Source: Massalongia carnosa (Eukaryota). From it: DNA of 64,000 nucleotides. Location of the stretch: contig OZ287068.1 of the NCBI GenBank assembly GCA_965645245.1, positions 558,001 to 622,000 on the forward strand. The letters run 5' to 3'. Numbering within the stretch: the first letter of the stretch is position 1; each line of letters starts with the position of its first letter. Position numbers and translations under genes: made by a program. The notes beneath the pieces were generated by a model. The model was not told the origin of the DNA, searched no databases, and was given only the letters and a program-made list of their open reading frames with translations. Of this stretch, positions 25,751 to 38,994 are shown piece after piece.

Positions 25751-26122
25751 TGTTGCTGCGCTTATGATGTCTCACTGTGGTGGGTATTGAGGAATGTGGT
25801 GAGTTTAGAAAAACCGCATAGCGGTCTAATTTCCCAAAGACGGATTTCCTCAAACTTCCAGTAGAGCGATCGAGTGGCAATTGAAAATGAGCAGTAATTG
25901 TTGTTGCTCAATTTGCGACAAGTCGATGATGAGTCCAGCGAGCTTTGTAAACACGTCAAGTAAACATTCATATCAAGCTACTCTGAGTTTGTGCTAGCTT
26001 GCCGCACAAGGAAAGCGCGATTCAGCAAGCGAGTGGGAAGGTTCCAAAACCCTCCCCACGAAATTGACCCTTTCAAGAACTACCACGAATTATCGCCAAC
26101 CTAATAGTCCCCAACGGCCACG

Positions 26123-26728
26123 ATGAAATGTAAGATGCCAAGCACAAGTTATGCTGATTTCGTATTTTGGCTGATATACCGCTAGTCCTCAAGATTGGTC
26201 GTGTAGCTATCATCACGCGAGGGAGATACGCAGGGAAGAAAGTATCACTCTCAACCCACACCCCCAGCTCCGCCATATTACTTTGGCGAATCCGGAAAAA
26301 AACTATTTCTAATGATTGATGGCTATCTAGGTTGTCATTATTCAACCTCTAGATACTGGATCTAAATCTCACCCATTCCCCCATGCACTCGTGGCTGGAA
26401 TTGAGCGTTATCCGTCACAGATCACTCGCCGAATGTCCAAGACCCGTCAGGAAAAGCGCAGCAAAGTCAAGCCATTCATCAAGACCATTAATTACAACCA
26501 CCTAATGCCTACACGATATACGCTAGAGTTAGAAGGATTGAAAGGTGTAGTCACGAATGACACATTCAAGGAGGTGTCGCAGAGAGAGGATGCAAAGAAG
26601 ACAGTGAAGAAGGCGTTGGAGGAGCGGTACACGAGTGGGAAAAATCGGTGGTTTTTCACTCCCCTGAGTATGTCTCCCGCGTTCAATACTCTAGTTAGAG
26701 CTTCGCTGATGATAATCTAGGGTTTTGA
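26123..26728 (+). CDS. RPL27: 60S ribosomal protein L27 (eL27)
   Basis: [27 protein letters not shown]…GIERYP…[17 protein letters not shown]…[12 protein letters not shown]. Three GT-AG introns. Confidence 0.97.
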
Positions 26729-28446
26729 GCGGTTGAATATGTTCCGCATAGGAATGGATTCAAACTGAGGCGATAAGACAGGTCATAGCAATAGCTCTTA
26801 TTATTCATAGCTATCAAACCGACCAACTACTATCAGGGAGTGACAATGCTCTATACAGACATAAGCGTCACCCGATTCTTCATGTTATGCCGAAATAAAT
26901 GCCAGCTTCTTTCGCTGTTCATTAACGTTCCCAAACGCCAGTTATTCATGAGCTTCTGACAAGAGCTAGGATTTAAGCAGGTCAAGAGAAGCGCTCCTTT
27001 TAACTTGTGGATTACCTTATTTAACCCTTTCGATACTTCCCATAAAAGCACTATATACTGACAGCGAAAGACTCTATAGCATATTTTCACTACAATCTCT
27101 CTTGGCATTAGTCTATCAGTTTAATCGATCCTCCTGGAAGATTACAGCGAAAGCTGTGTTTGGGAATGAACTTGGTAGAAAAATTGGCTACGCACTTTGG
27201 CGCTGGCTAACCATCGACCTCTTCATGCTGTCTAAATTGTCGCCATATCCACACATCTTCAACACTTACCCTCAATGTTCAGCGTCACCAGCAATCGTCG
27301 AAGTGTTTACCATCTATTAAGCTATGGTCTCGTCTACGAAAGCCTTAGATCAGGACCAGGACCTGATCCTAGTAAAGATCTACCTTAGCTACTATAGACA
27401 AATTTCTTTAAAAGGGAGATTTGCCCTTCGTGTATGCACTTATTGTACTTGGAAAGTAACTAATGATACCTACTCAGATGCATACCCAGGGCTTGATGTG
27501 GCGCTTTGCGATGAATTACATTGGCAAATATCCTTCTATACAACGATATCCAAGAAAAGAAAGTTGAAATCAACATCGGATATAAGAATTCTGGTTATCA
27601 ATGTATTGTTGAAATGTTTACGCAAGCTAAGGGGGTTGTTACCTGGTTAAAGAGTTGACAAGCCAAGGCTAAAGAGTCGTTCAGGCTCGCTAATAGTATG
27701 AATGCCAGAGGGTGACGTTTATTTCAGCTTGTATACCTTTGTGATGATTATATTGATACTCCTATGCTAGCTCAATAACACTCTACCATACTTATATGGG
27801 CGGGTATGGCTCTTAGGGTTCAGAGCATTGGGGGAGAGACTGAAAAGGTAGGTATGGGCATATTAGCTAGAGGCGGGCTTTGGGTACTGGACGTACTTGT
27901 TTGGTGAAGTTGAGGGGAGGCGGACTCTTGGGGGAGGGTGGTTGCCGTCGTCGGCGATGGTATAGTTAACGACTTGGCAGCAGGAAATAACAACCAAACC
28001 GGAGAAACGAAAAGAGGGAAGCTGTGATTAAAATCCGCCTGAAACCCACCGTAGCAGATGGTAAAAAATGAGCTCCTACCACATTGAGCCTTTTCGTTCC
28101 GTCTAGATACATCTAGCTACCTAGTCTCTTACTCGCTGAACGCATAACTTCTCGCTCCCCCAAACGCTCGAAGAGTGCAATGTCTCTTTCTCCACTTATG
28201 GCAATCATGGGAGCTGGCGATTCAATTTCTTGAAGGTAAAATCAGCCCCACGGTTGAATTCAAAGATGGCAATCATTCTAGGAAAAGGCAGTTACACCTA
28301 AAGCTCACGTTGTTAGTGAATGGCTAATACTAAGGTCAGGTTTCAGCATCTACCAGAATCTTCAACTCTTGCGGTTGGGTTTCCGAGATACGCGTTATCA
28401 AAGAGTCGCAATGACAAAACTCCATTTGGCGAAATTGAGGACTTCA

Positions 28447-29676
28447 TCAAGGGGAAGGTTCAATGTCGCTAAGCTTGCGTTTTGAGCCCGGAAGGGTAAT
28501 TGATAAGCCACTCGGTGATTTGGAGGTAAGGGTTTTTGAGCTCTCGGTTTCCCAAGGGGAGTCACTGTCCTTTGGGGTTTTCTCTTCGGCCGCACTGGTG
28601 TTGTTGTGATTGTTTAGCAACATGTTTTCTTCTTCCTCAGTTTCAGACATAGCTTCGTCATCACTTGGAATGGAAGCCCCACTCCCCGATGGAGCTTCTG
28701 AAAGGCCGTCGCTCTCCTCGTCGACCAACACTGTACCATATGTCTCCTCTTCTTCCTCTTCTTCTTCCTCCTCTTCTTCCTCCTCTTCTTCCTCCTCTTC
28801 TTCCTCCTCTTCTTCCTCCTCCTCTTCCTCCTCCTCCTCCTCCTGCTCCTCCTCCTGCTCCTCCTCCTGCTCCTCTTCTTCCTCTTCGGTCGTTTCATCC
28901 CCTTCCAGATTTCCATTTCTTTCCTCAAACTTCAACAAAAATCGCATCATCTTCTTCGTCTCATCCTCCTCCTTATCTTCATAATCTGGAGCCATCCACA
29001 ACGGCCTTTCCGCGGCACGAGTCCACATCATCACTGACCGCTGACCAATCCTGTTCGTATCTCTTGATACTAGCTCTACTGCCTTAAAAAACGCTAGAGA
29101 CTCTTTTTCTAGCCCTAAGACACGGAGGCTGCGGATAATGCGCGTGATGCGCAAATAATTATGGTTAAATTTGGTGTTCCAGTTCAAGGCTGGGACCCAC
29201 TTGTCGCGCATTTCTAGAAAATTTTCCACACGTACGATTTGCATTTCGTCCAGTTCCATGCCATCGGCTGAAGATTGAACTTTGAAACCGTAAAAACTCA
29301 GCATTCGGAGGAAAGATTCCCTAAGCCGGGCACGAAGTTCGGGTCGCCGACGAAATGCAACAAAGGTTTTACGATCGACGACGGGTGCGCGCTGGTTGGT
29401 GAGTGATATTTCAGGTATAGGGAACAGATGGTGAATATAATCATGGCAGTCTTCGAGCTCCTCATCGGAGAAAGCAAGAATGGTGGTGAACGTACGTCCT
29501 TTCAGATCGGGGGCGTTAATCAAGGGATGATAAAAGTCGACGGCATTGGGTATTGGGTCGACGGAATTGAGCCAGCGGATCCTATTTATTGCGTACTTTG
29601 TATGGGTTTTGTAGGGAAGAGGTGGGAAGGGGCTATAGAGTTCTAGCGGCTCGAATTGGTAGCATGGGTCCCACAT
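28447..29676 (-). CDS. Opioid growth factor receptor (OGFr_N) domain protein with poly-Glu tail
   Basis: LEDCHDYIHHLFPIPE.S..N.RAP, RMLSFYG and NHNYLRITRIIRSLRVLG match OGFr conserved motifs. First in-frame ATG at 29676; true start uncertain. Confidence 0.85.
   Translation of the reverse strand: MWDPCYQFEPLELYSPFPPLPYKTHTKYAINRIRWLNSVDPIPNAVDFYHPLINAPDLKGRTFTTILAFSDEELEDCHDYIHHLFPIPEISLTNQRAPVVDRKTFVAFRRRPELRARLRESFLRMLSFYGFKVQSSADGMELDEMQIVRVENFLEMRDKWVPALNWNTKFNHNYLRITRIIRSLRVLGLEKESLAFFKAVELVSRDTNRIGQRSVMMWTRAAERPLWMAPDYEDKEEDETKKMMRFLLKFEERNGNLEGDETTEEEEEEQEEEQEEEQEEEEEEEEEEEEEEEEEEEEEEEEEEEEEEEEETYGTVLVDEESDGLSEAPSGSGASIPSDDEAMSETEEEENMLLNNHNNTSAAEEKTPKDSDSPWETESSKTLTSKSPSGLSITLPGSKRKLSDIEPSP
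28744..28887 (-). repeat. Compound GAA/GAG repeat encoding a ~48-residue Glu-rich tract
   Basis: 12-nt periodic TCCTCTTCTTCC and TCCTCCTCCTGC units on the + strand. Confidence 0.9.
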
Positions 29677-29916
29677 GGTTGATGAGGGCTTTGGCAATAA
29701 AAAAAAAAACTAACTTTTGCCTTTGTTGACGCGGAAGAATTTAACAAATGCTGAAATCTGATGTGATTCAAGGTACCTAGTTAACTAAGAGAACGTTACC
29801 TTACCAAACAAGAGTGACATCACAATACTTTGAGGAATCTGTTCGGTGTAACTTAAGTAACGCGATTACGCGTTTAGTTACTCAAATATACGCGCAGCGT
29901 TCAGTGCCCCTCCTTC

Positions 29917-32900
29917 GAGAAGACTCGGGACAGTCCCCCCCCACCGTCCCCCTAGCGAAAATCATTCCAAATTAGGACTAGCTACAAGCCACCTCCCCAT
30001 ACTAAATAATTAGGTGCATATACCTCGTTCACCGTCTCTATTAATAATATTATAGGTATAGGCAACCCTCTGTATAAATTTACCACTATGATAGGTAGAC
30101 CGCACTTCTTCTCTCCCTTATCTTTTTCTTTGCTATGGCCCTCACATCCACGTCCCTGGATGCACGTTTGCAAAGGGCTATAGCGAGTTTACCGTCTTCT
30201 CATCGTCTTCCTCCGAGTGAGAGTGAAATCTTTATCTCCTGGGAGGAGGGAAAAAACCCGCCTTCAGAATTATGCCTTTACTCAAGGCTTTGCATTGGTC
30301 ACAGAGACTAATGATAAGAAGAATCATCTCGTTATACTAGATTGCACCCGTCATCACAAAAGAGAAAGAAACACTAGAAAGCTAGAGGAGAAGGACCGCG
30401 TACGAAAAAACACGAAGGTCTCGTTCAACGAGTGCAAATATCGACTAAGACTGAAGCAAAACAAAGACGAATCGTGGAGATTAATCATCACCAATCCTGA
30501 TCACAATCACGAGATGGCTACAGACCCCTTCGGTTTCAAAGAGCATCGTAGCCAAGACCTCGATCGAGCAACTGCCCTAGATCAAGCAAAAAGTCTCCGT
30601 GATGCATCAACTAGATACGGTCAAACATCTCGCGTTTTGGGAATGACTGGCCTGCGCCTTTCGAAGAAGGACTATTACAACCTGGCTCGATCCCAGGGCA
30701 AACATACACCTGAAGAAGAGTTGACCTATGCACTTGGATTTCTAGAAGAAGGGTTTCATGTACGGACTTTGGAGAAATATCTCGTTGAAAACAATACTCC
30801 CCGAAGACGTGTTGTTGAACATTTCTTTTTCTGTAACGCTGAACAGATCCGACTGACTAGACGATTCGTCAGTGGATTTTTGATAGAAACGGATGCTACG
30901 TTCAATACAAATCAGTTGAACTTACCTCTATCGGTGTTGGTTGGCATCACCAACACAAATCAGACTTTCCCCGCGGCCTATTGTTATATAACTTCTGAAT
31001 CGGCTGAGTGCTTTACGTTTCTATTTGACTGTATGAAAGATCTCTTTTTTCATGATACATGTCCTGGTCCTAGGGTCATCCTCGGAGACTTCGCCGCTGG
31101 ATTGACTGCAGCGATGCATAAAAAACGGGCTAAGGAAATAAACCCGGATGCAGCAATGACCGTTGCATGGCAAGTCGCCCAATCAATACACGGAACCGAC
31201 CCTGATTGTGTGTTGCAATTATGCACGTGGCACGCAGCGGAGGCAATCAAGAAACGCCTGATCAGGGCGGGTTCATATCCTTTAGAAGTACGGAAAGAAC
31301 TGCATGAATTGATATGGGAGTGGATCAAAACTCCTACCGTTGAACAGCTGGATGAGAAGAGAAACGCGTTGATATTGAAGCTTCATGCTTCAGAAAAGGT
31401 ATGAAGCCATCAAAAAACTTTAATAAGGGCTAACTCACTCCTATTTCCAGGAGTATTTTACTAGCTATTATCAACGTCAGGAGTGTCAGTTTGTTTCCGC
31501 ATACACCAGAAAGTTCCCTAATTTAGGTGCACATAGCACACAAAGGGTGGAAGGTTTGCATCCGTTGGTAAAGAATGTGACAAATAGGCATACACCTATT
31601 AAGGACTCGGTGCGGAAAATATGCGAAACAGTGCAAAGGGTTCAGGTTGACTACGAAATATCAACCAATCATCAACGAATCAACAGCCCTCGGCTAATGG
31701 ATAGAAGTGCGTTCAAAGACCTTATAGGTTTAATAACTCATCATGCTATTGACCTCATATCTAGAGAGTTGGATGCAGCTAAACTTTTAGCCGAAGATTT
31801 CAATCAACAGGCTGCTTTTGGAGTTGAAGGGACTGCATTAATCGAACCAACCGGTGAGGATTGTATGTATGATTGTGATTTGCCTCCACGATACGGTCTT
31901 CCGTGCAGATGCTGGTTGTATCGTTGCGTCATTGATGTTATCCCCATACCTATCTCCCTCATTCATCCCCGCTGGTTTTTCGATAGCCCGCCTTTTGTGG
32001 TCTCGTAGAGCATAGTTTTCGACCCCACCATAAATTTCGCTGAGATGTTTCGGAGAGCAGCTCACAGAAGACCACAGAAGAGCAGGATGAGGAGGCGGAT
32101 GAGGGGGGGAATGCTCAACAAAGTCAAGAATCTGAGCCGGAGGAGGAGATCGAGAAGGCAGTTGACAATAATACTGGGGATAGATTTCGTCGCGGGGGTG
32201 TTGATTTGCTGCATGCGGCCGCACATCAATCTATTGATTTTCATAAATCAGTAGAAAATTTGCATAGAAGGGAGGGATACGCTCGTGAATTCGCCAAATT
32301 CACTGCTATTTTCAATAAAAAATGGCAGGATAAGGAGCTGGCGAGGCCACTTATCCCTACAACTTTCCCCGACGAAATCTGACCGAAGGACAACCTCATG
32401 TATAAAAAGAGTGGGAGTCGCCGGCGGGCTTACACTGGCCGTGAGGCAGCTGAGGCAGATGAAGCTAAGCAGCGACGTGCTAAACGTAAGGACTCGATTG
32501 AAGAAGGGAGGAGAAGAAGGCATGAGGATGAATTGCGGGCAGGCGGTGAAGACAAGGGTATGATTGATGATAAAAAACCCACGATATCAGCAAATCGATC
32601 GATGTAGCGCGGCTAATATTCGGTATAGATTCTGGAGATGCTATCATCGTATCTGACGACGATGCCCTGCAATATATAGCAACTCAGCCTACCCCCGATC
32701 CTCCACTCTCTCTGAATGAGAATGATGATTTTATCCCTCCATCCCCGGCATCTTCTTCCGATTCATTTGAAGATATTGATGAAGTGCTGGCGAAACATAG
32801 CCAAAAGGCTCTTTCCCAAACGGTTCCCTCTCCAAAAGCTCCTTCCCTTTATAGCCTCAGTCAAAAAAACATCCGCGCTAGCCAGCTACCATCCACATCG

Positions 32901-33323
32901 TCTGCAACAATAACACGAGGGTCACGGGGTGTGGTAGCCAAAAAATCGAAGGCTCAGTTAGAGTTAGAGTCTCAGCAGAGGGCCGACCAAGCGGCCAAAC
33001 AAGCAAGGGCTGAGGAGAGGAAAAACGCAGCTACAAGAAAGGTTGCTAAGACTATGAAGCCTAGAAAGGATAATGTTTCGCAATTGAGTGATGCATTTTC
33101 AGAATTGAGATCATCGCAATGAGTGGTAGGAGTAGTAGTAATAGTAGTAGAATAGATGAGGATTTTTCAGAATGCGGGGCTAAGCTAAATCAGCTAGAGG
33201 AAGCTTGCGGAGAGACGGTGGACGTTCACATATTTAGTATGGGGAGGTGGCTTTTAGCTAGTCCTAATTTGCAATGATTTTCGCTGGGGGGACGGTGGGG
33301 GGGGGACTGTCCCGAGTCTTCTC
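29917..33323 (+). mobile_element. Mutator-like (MULE/Hop-like) DNA transposon
   Basis: TIRs 29917-30008 and 33231-33323 (GAGAAGACTCGGGACAGTCCCC…, ~4 differences). Perfect flanking duplication GCCCCTCCTTC at 29906-29916 and 33324-33334. Internal MULE transposase. Confidence 0.95.
30135..33122 (+). pseudogene. MULE transposase, disrupted
   Basis: FAR1-like N-terminus (C…HNH), ETDATFNTN (D1), ILGDF (D2), LCTWH (CxxH), NLGAHSTQRVEGLH (E) and SWIM-like GLPC. Introns 31399-31450 and ~32558-32628. Lesions: extra A in the run at 30251-30256, TAG 32006-32008, frameshift near 32045, TGA 32380-32382. Confidence 0.88.
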
Positions 33324-33386
33324 GCCCCTCCTTCACAATCAAATCGTCCAAAATTCCTCAACGGAGTCATCACCCCGCATCTCGCT

Positions 33387-34599
33387 ATGCCTCAGCCCTC
33401 CCAACAAGCCTGGTGGCATACCCACCTATCAATCGATACCCTACTCCTCGTCCTCTCCCACACCTTCTTTCACCCTTTCATCGCCTTCCTTCTCCCCCTC
33501 TCCCTCCGCGCCCTTGCAACCCCCTACTCCCACCCCTCCTTCATCCTCACCACCGCATATTTCCTCCTAATTAGCCTCTACCACATTCTTTCTACCCTCT
33601 CGGCCCGCGTAGCGAGTAATGGGCCCCCGCGCCCGGTCGGCGGAAGTGAAAATGATGGAGAGGAACCGGAAGTAGTGGTGATTACTGGGGGTGGGCGGGG
33701 ATTGGGGAGATGCGTGGCGGAGATTTTGGCGATGAGGGGTTGCGAGGTCGCGGTGCTGGACTTGGAGGTCGAAGAGGGGAAGGTAGAGGGCGGGGTGAAA
33801 GAATATAAATGCGATGTGGGCGATCGGGAGCAGGTGGAGAAAGTGTGGAGCAGGTTGTTGGTGGAGGTAAGTCCTATTCTCTCATGGTGCCATAAATGAG
33901 GAGCTAAATGCAGCGAAACAGCTAGGCCAGCCGACCATTCTGATCAACAACGCAGCGGTGGTGCATGGCAAACGCTTCCAAGATCTGAGCATGGAGGACG
34001 TGGAGCGGTATAGCTACCCCTAACCCCTCCTCTTCTACTTAACCTACTCCAAAACTCACTCTTCATCTAGCACCTTTCGCACCAACACCCTCGCGCAATA
34101 CCACCTAACCTCGCTCTTCCTCCCTCCCCTCCTTACCCGCCCCGCCGGCGGCACTCTCATCACCATCTCCTCCGTCCTCGCGCACCTAGGTGCCAGCCAC
34201 CTAAGCGCCTACAGCGGCTCCAAAGCAGCCCTACTCGCCTTCCACATCTCCCTGACCGTGGAGCTGGCCTCGACGCCTAACATTAAAACCATTCTCGTCA
34301 CCCCCGGCCAGCTAGACACAGGTCTATTTGCTGGGGTACAAGCCGGTGGGGGAGGAGGACGAGGGGCGGGGATAGGAGGAATGCTAGCAAAGTTTTTCGG
34401 CCCGGTCGTGGAGGTACAGGAGCTAGCGTTGGGGCTGGTGGCCATGATTGAGAGAGGGGAGGGGGGGGTGTTAGCGATGCCGGCGTACGCGAGGTGGATC
34501 GCTTGGATGGCGGTTTTGCCTGCGGGCGTACAGAAGGTGTTGAGGGGGTGGAGCGGGGTTGATAAGGCGATGGAAGGGTTTACAGCTGGGAAAAGGTAG
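33387..34599 (+). CDS. Short-chain dehydrogenase/reductase with N-terminal membrane segments (Tda5/17-beta-HSD11-like)
   Basis: VVITGGGRGLG, CDVGD, ILINNAA, YSGSK (YxxxK). Introns ~33867-33921 and ~34008-34070. Confidence 0.9.
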
Positions 34600-35679
34600 G
34601 GGGGCGGCAGTGCAGAGGGCAAAAAGTGAAAATATGTTTGACATCGCTTTCGATTATTTAAAATATACCTACATTTTTGGCTAAACCCCAATTCCCACCT
34701 CAATCCAAGCCCCTCTTTCACCATTATCCGCTCGTGTTTCCAAAATCCGTTTATATACTTATCCACGTATCATTCTACATTCCCTCATCCCCTAAATCAT
34801 AAACCCACCCAAGTTTGAAATCACTATCCCCCGTACCCTCCCAATTCCTTCATCCTTCCTTCCATCCCGCCCCCCCAACCCTCCCCTCAAAATACACAGG
34901 TATTCACCTCCCCGGAAATACTCATACAAAAACGTGCGCCGCGCCAGGAACCGTAGAACGTAAAAAATGGTATGGGCATCATATGATATGTTATGTCAAG
35001 ATAAATTGGGGGAGGGGATACGAATTTCTCATACAGGGTGAGGAATTACCGTGTTTCGTTGGTTGGTTAATTGAGTGATTGATTGATTGACTGACAATGG
35101 GGATTTGGGATGAACTGGGGAAAGGTGGAATTGTTGGTTTGCGCGTATGTTGTAATATATAAAGCGGTTGGTCTTGGAGCAGAGTAGAGGAAAAGGGGAA
35201 GGGTGGAGGCGGGTTTCGTTCCGGCAATTCTTGTTCCCGAGATCTGCTCGCTTATCGTGTCTAGCTAAACGGAGTACCTTGCACACGTGGAATCTTCTAA
35301 AGCTTCAACTGACTGAAGCCCAAATCCCAAAGGACTTTTGAGTGCGAACTTTGTACGCAGATTGGGGTAAGAAAACTCATCATTGTCAGCCAGCTATTTG
35401 CTCGGCAAAGCATATTATGCATAACCAACGTGGGGTGCACTTTCTATGTCTAAAGCCAACACCCCCCACTCCCGAACCGAAAAAAAATTCCATAGCACAG
35501 TGTAGTAGTTTTTTTAAAACCCGAGTTCCCTCCCATCGATGTTCGTGGCAGGGTAAACGTGGAGATCATTTCCGGTCCAGAGGCCCGCCAGCCGAAAGAA
35601 ACAGAAAGAGAAAGAAGGTGAAAAAGGTACGGAGGAAAATTCCCAGCTTGCAGCTTTCGGTTTTCTGAAAAAGGTTCCA

Positions 35680-36711
35680 TCAATCTACAATCATCGCCTC
35701 GTCCTCATCATATGAAGTCATCGATGTCGACGAGCTGTTTCCTGAGCTCCCATCATTGACCCACGCCCGCATTACGCTCGTTCTCGAAGCGAACAAGACC
35801 GGCGACCTGGCCGCCTTAAGCGTCTCCGTTTGCGCAAACTTGATCGGCGACCACTTTAACCCCTCCAAGCAAGTCTCCCAATCGCAACCCACCAGCCTGC
35901 CCTCGCCCAAGTCCTCTTCAAATAGGTAGAATCCTTGCTCCGTCTCTACCAAGCTGGCATCAAGCCCTTTACTTTTGAGCAAGATCTTCGCGCCTGTGAG
36001 AGAGGGGTAGTGGTTTTCGATATAGCGGGCGCAGCCGCGGGCGGCGGCTTGCACGTCCAGGTCGGAGCCGACTAGTGCCCAGCCAATGCCGAGAAGTTGA
36101 GTGAATTGGTCGATGGGCGGGTCTTGAGGACCGGATCGGGAAGAACTATCAGGACTGTCACAATTTGCTATCAATGATTCGTTGCTGGAAGATCTATCCC
36201 GTCGTGGAGCCTTTCGGCATCGCTCTAAGTCACTTCCGGGGTCTATCACTAGTGATATGGTGGCAGCTGTGTTTGACAAGTCAAATTCGGTCGGCGGTGG
36301 GAAACAAGCCCCATTCTGAGGTTCAGCAAGAATCATCCGAAGCGACGATGGATTATCTATTGCCATATCCTGCTCATCCAGTGAGTATTTACTAGAAATG
36401 TTGCGGACCTTTCGCGCTAGGTTAAACGGCAAGGCAGCCCTTGGTGCTTGAATAAGAGGCTCCGAAAGTGCGTCTTCGATATCGTCACGACGGCGCTTCC
36501 GCGACATGTTTGTGGAACTTGGAATTGCAAAGATAGTGGGTGCTCGTGAGGGAGAATCGCGATGTGTAGATTGCATGATGGGTGCTGCTGGATATGCCTG
36601 GCGATGCTGGTTCGCTAGGGGATAAGACAGGGGACTAAATGAATGGAGAGATGGCGGAGGAAAGAATAACGTTGGCGAGCTAGAACAGTCGCTCACTCCG
36701 AAGGAAGCCAT
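35680..36711 (-). CDS. Conserved fungal hypothetical protein
   Basis: 343-aa ORF with a globular-looking C-terminal block (PPIDQFTQLLGIGW…AAARG.ARYIENHYP…GFYLFEEDLGEGRLVG). The 5' part may contain an intron. Confidence 0.7.
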   Translation of the reverse strand: MASFGVSDCSSSPTLFFPPPSLHSFSPLSYPLANQHRQAYPAAPIMQSTHRDSPSRAPTIFAIPSSTNMSRKRRRDDIEDALSEPLIQAPRAALPFNLARKVRNISSKYSLDEQDMAIDNPSSLRMILAEPQNGACFPPPTEFDLSNTAATISLVIDPGSDLERCRKAPRRDRSSSNESLIANCDSPDSSSRSGPQDPPIDQFTQLLGIGWALVGSDLDVQAAARGCARYIENHYPSLTGAKILLKSKGLDASLVETEQGFYLFEEDLGEGRLVGCDWETCLEGLKWSPIKFAQTETLKAARSPVLFASRTSVMRAWVNDGSSGNSSSTSMTSYDEDEAMIVD

Positions 36712-37708
36712 AACTGGACGATGGGGAAAAGGCCAAGTTTGCAGCGTTCAGGAGTGATGGCGTCTGAATCGGAAGGTGAGAGTAAGAGCAAATTGAGTTG
36801 ACCTAAGTAAGGCCTAAGTAAGGATGCAATCAAATAGTGGCAGTTGTAACGGGCGTAGAGAGAGAAAAGTGAAAGGCGTTGATCGTACTTTCAGTGATTT
36901 AGAAGTGAAGGCTAAACGGGAAAACCGAAGGATTGAGCAAATGAAGGAAGCTGGGCACTTAGGAGTTACCTTATCCCTAGGAGGAAGCGGCCGTATTCCG
37001 AAATGATTGACTAAGGCGGGATCGGGGAAGGGGGGCGGGTCTTAAACCTTGCTAAAGTTTAAAAAACGCTCATTCCAGCCAATCAAAGGGCTGAAGGCGA
37101 AGAGGCTGAAAGTTGCTCGGCCCTATTGGGGGCAAGTGCTTACGTTATGATGCGTATGACTTGCAGATCTGTTTGCGTGGAGCAGCCCTAAAGAAGGGAG
37201 CTCGCTTAGGTCAGGTGGTTACATAGCAAACAAGTTGAGCCCTACACTTAAAAGATGGGGTGAAAGTGTGTGAGTGGGAGAGTGACATGAGAGTTCCTTC
37301 ATCCCACAATCTCGTTAATAGGTAGTTGGGTATAGAGTAAAGTAATTATGACTTGACCAGTTCCGTTGGCAACCTCTTCTGATATTTCGACACGTTTGAT
37401 GATTTTTATAGAAGCAATTCGATGCGGACTGCCGTCTCATATGAAAAAAATGCTTGTTCCGGCCTTTTTAATGTTCCGCCCCTAAGATTGGGTGTAACTC
37501 CGTACATACGTCTAGACTCGCACTCCTGTTATGCGACGGCATCAATAATCACTCATATTAACATAAGACGTGTACAGATTTAAAGTTTCGACTGGGCGAA
37601 GAGCAAAAGGAGCCTTCAGTACTCATTACGGCGTCAGCGTGCCGTCAAAGTTTTGCGATTGCGATATACATTATGTGTTCAATGCAAGGGATCTTGCTCC
37701 TAAATATC

Positions 37709-38994
37709 TCATTCACTCTGCCTTGCAGCTTCTTGCACAGCTTGCTTGAAGTCTCCCAAAAATCTCCACATTCCTTTCTCCTTCCACCCCTTTTTCATCC
37801 ACTCATTCGCCGTTGCCTGTGGAAACATTTCCACCACGTCCAGCAGCGTCTGATCATGCGCAATAATAGTGAGTATATTCTTATGTGCATCAAAATCCTT
37901 CATCTTCTCGACGCTCTCCTGCGCAGCCTTCTGGTCGTAGGCAATAAGCTCGGCTATCTTGAAAAATGGGGTGGTCTGCGCGGCCGAGCTCTCACTTCTA
38001 GGAGCCTCTTTCTTGTGAAGACGATGGAAGGATTCGAAAAGAGAGCCAGGACAAAAAGGTGGTAGGCCGGCAGATATCGATGATGTTGGGATGATATCTG
38101 GCAAGGGGACGTAGGACGTGGGTCGGAATACACCAACATGATGAGCGCAATCACCACCGAGAAAAATAAATGATGGTGGAGAGGTAGTGGTGCGACAAAG
38201 GGCGCAGAGATGGTTGATGGTATGCTAAAACGACAAGACAATGTTAATTCACAGAAACGCTGGTATCTCCAGAGTGTCGTGTTTTGCTTTCGGAATACCA
38301 ATTAGGGTGACTTACGCCAGGAGAGTCAAGGAGGTAGAAGCTACCATCCTCGAACCAGTCCAGCGCTCTGAAGCGGCCGATGTGCAGCTTGGAGTTGGCA
38401 AAAGATACTTCATGAAGTCTTCGTTTTTCCAGACCGCTATCGCTGATGAGAGCATCTCCTTTAGAAGGATAGCCAGGGAGGTATGATTTTTCAAAGCCAG
38501 GCCCTACGATCAGATCGGTGGTGTGCGGAAAAGTGGAGGGATCACCCGTATGATCCCAGTGGTGGTGGCTGAACAGAAGGTTGTTTGCTAAATAAGACAA
38601 GACCTCAGAAACCGAAACTGTGTACTACTAACCTCCATATAATCCCATTAATATCTACCGGGTCAACTCCTCCCGCTTCCAGTATTTCATCAACTCCCTT
38701 TTCCACAGATATTTCCCATCCATGTCGTTTGATCGGGCCTATTACTGCTGGCGGAAGATTCTTCCAGTCCTTTCTTATCCCCAGATCGAAGAGCAGTTTC
38801 TTGCCTTTGGGATGTTCGATAAGAAAAGAGTAGGCGGGACAATCCATGGCATCAAACCCTTGGATTTTCGGCTCGAAAAAGCGGGAAGTTGGGAGACCTT
38901 TTATATGTGAAGTGGTGTTTATGATATGGACTTCAACAGCGGAATCAGATTCGGGAATATTCAATAATGGTGGATCCTGAGCGGTAGGAGCCAT
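37709..38994 (-). CDS. Metallo-beta-lactamase-fold hydrolase (AHL-lactonase/lactamase-like)
   Basis: LLFDLGIRKDW, IIW|SHHHWDHTGD (HxHxDH), LLDSPG|HTINH, FLGGDCAHH, IIAHD. Two introns; spliced frame intact. Confidence 0.92.

Noticed and set aside
26851..27650. Short ORFs, one with an F-box-like PREI start
   Set aside because: Too short and degenerate, with no supporting exon structure.
28610..29087. Poly-Ser, poly-Pro and poly-Arg ORFs
   Set aside because: Alternative frames of the poly-Glu repeat.
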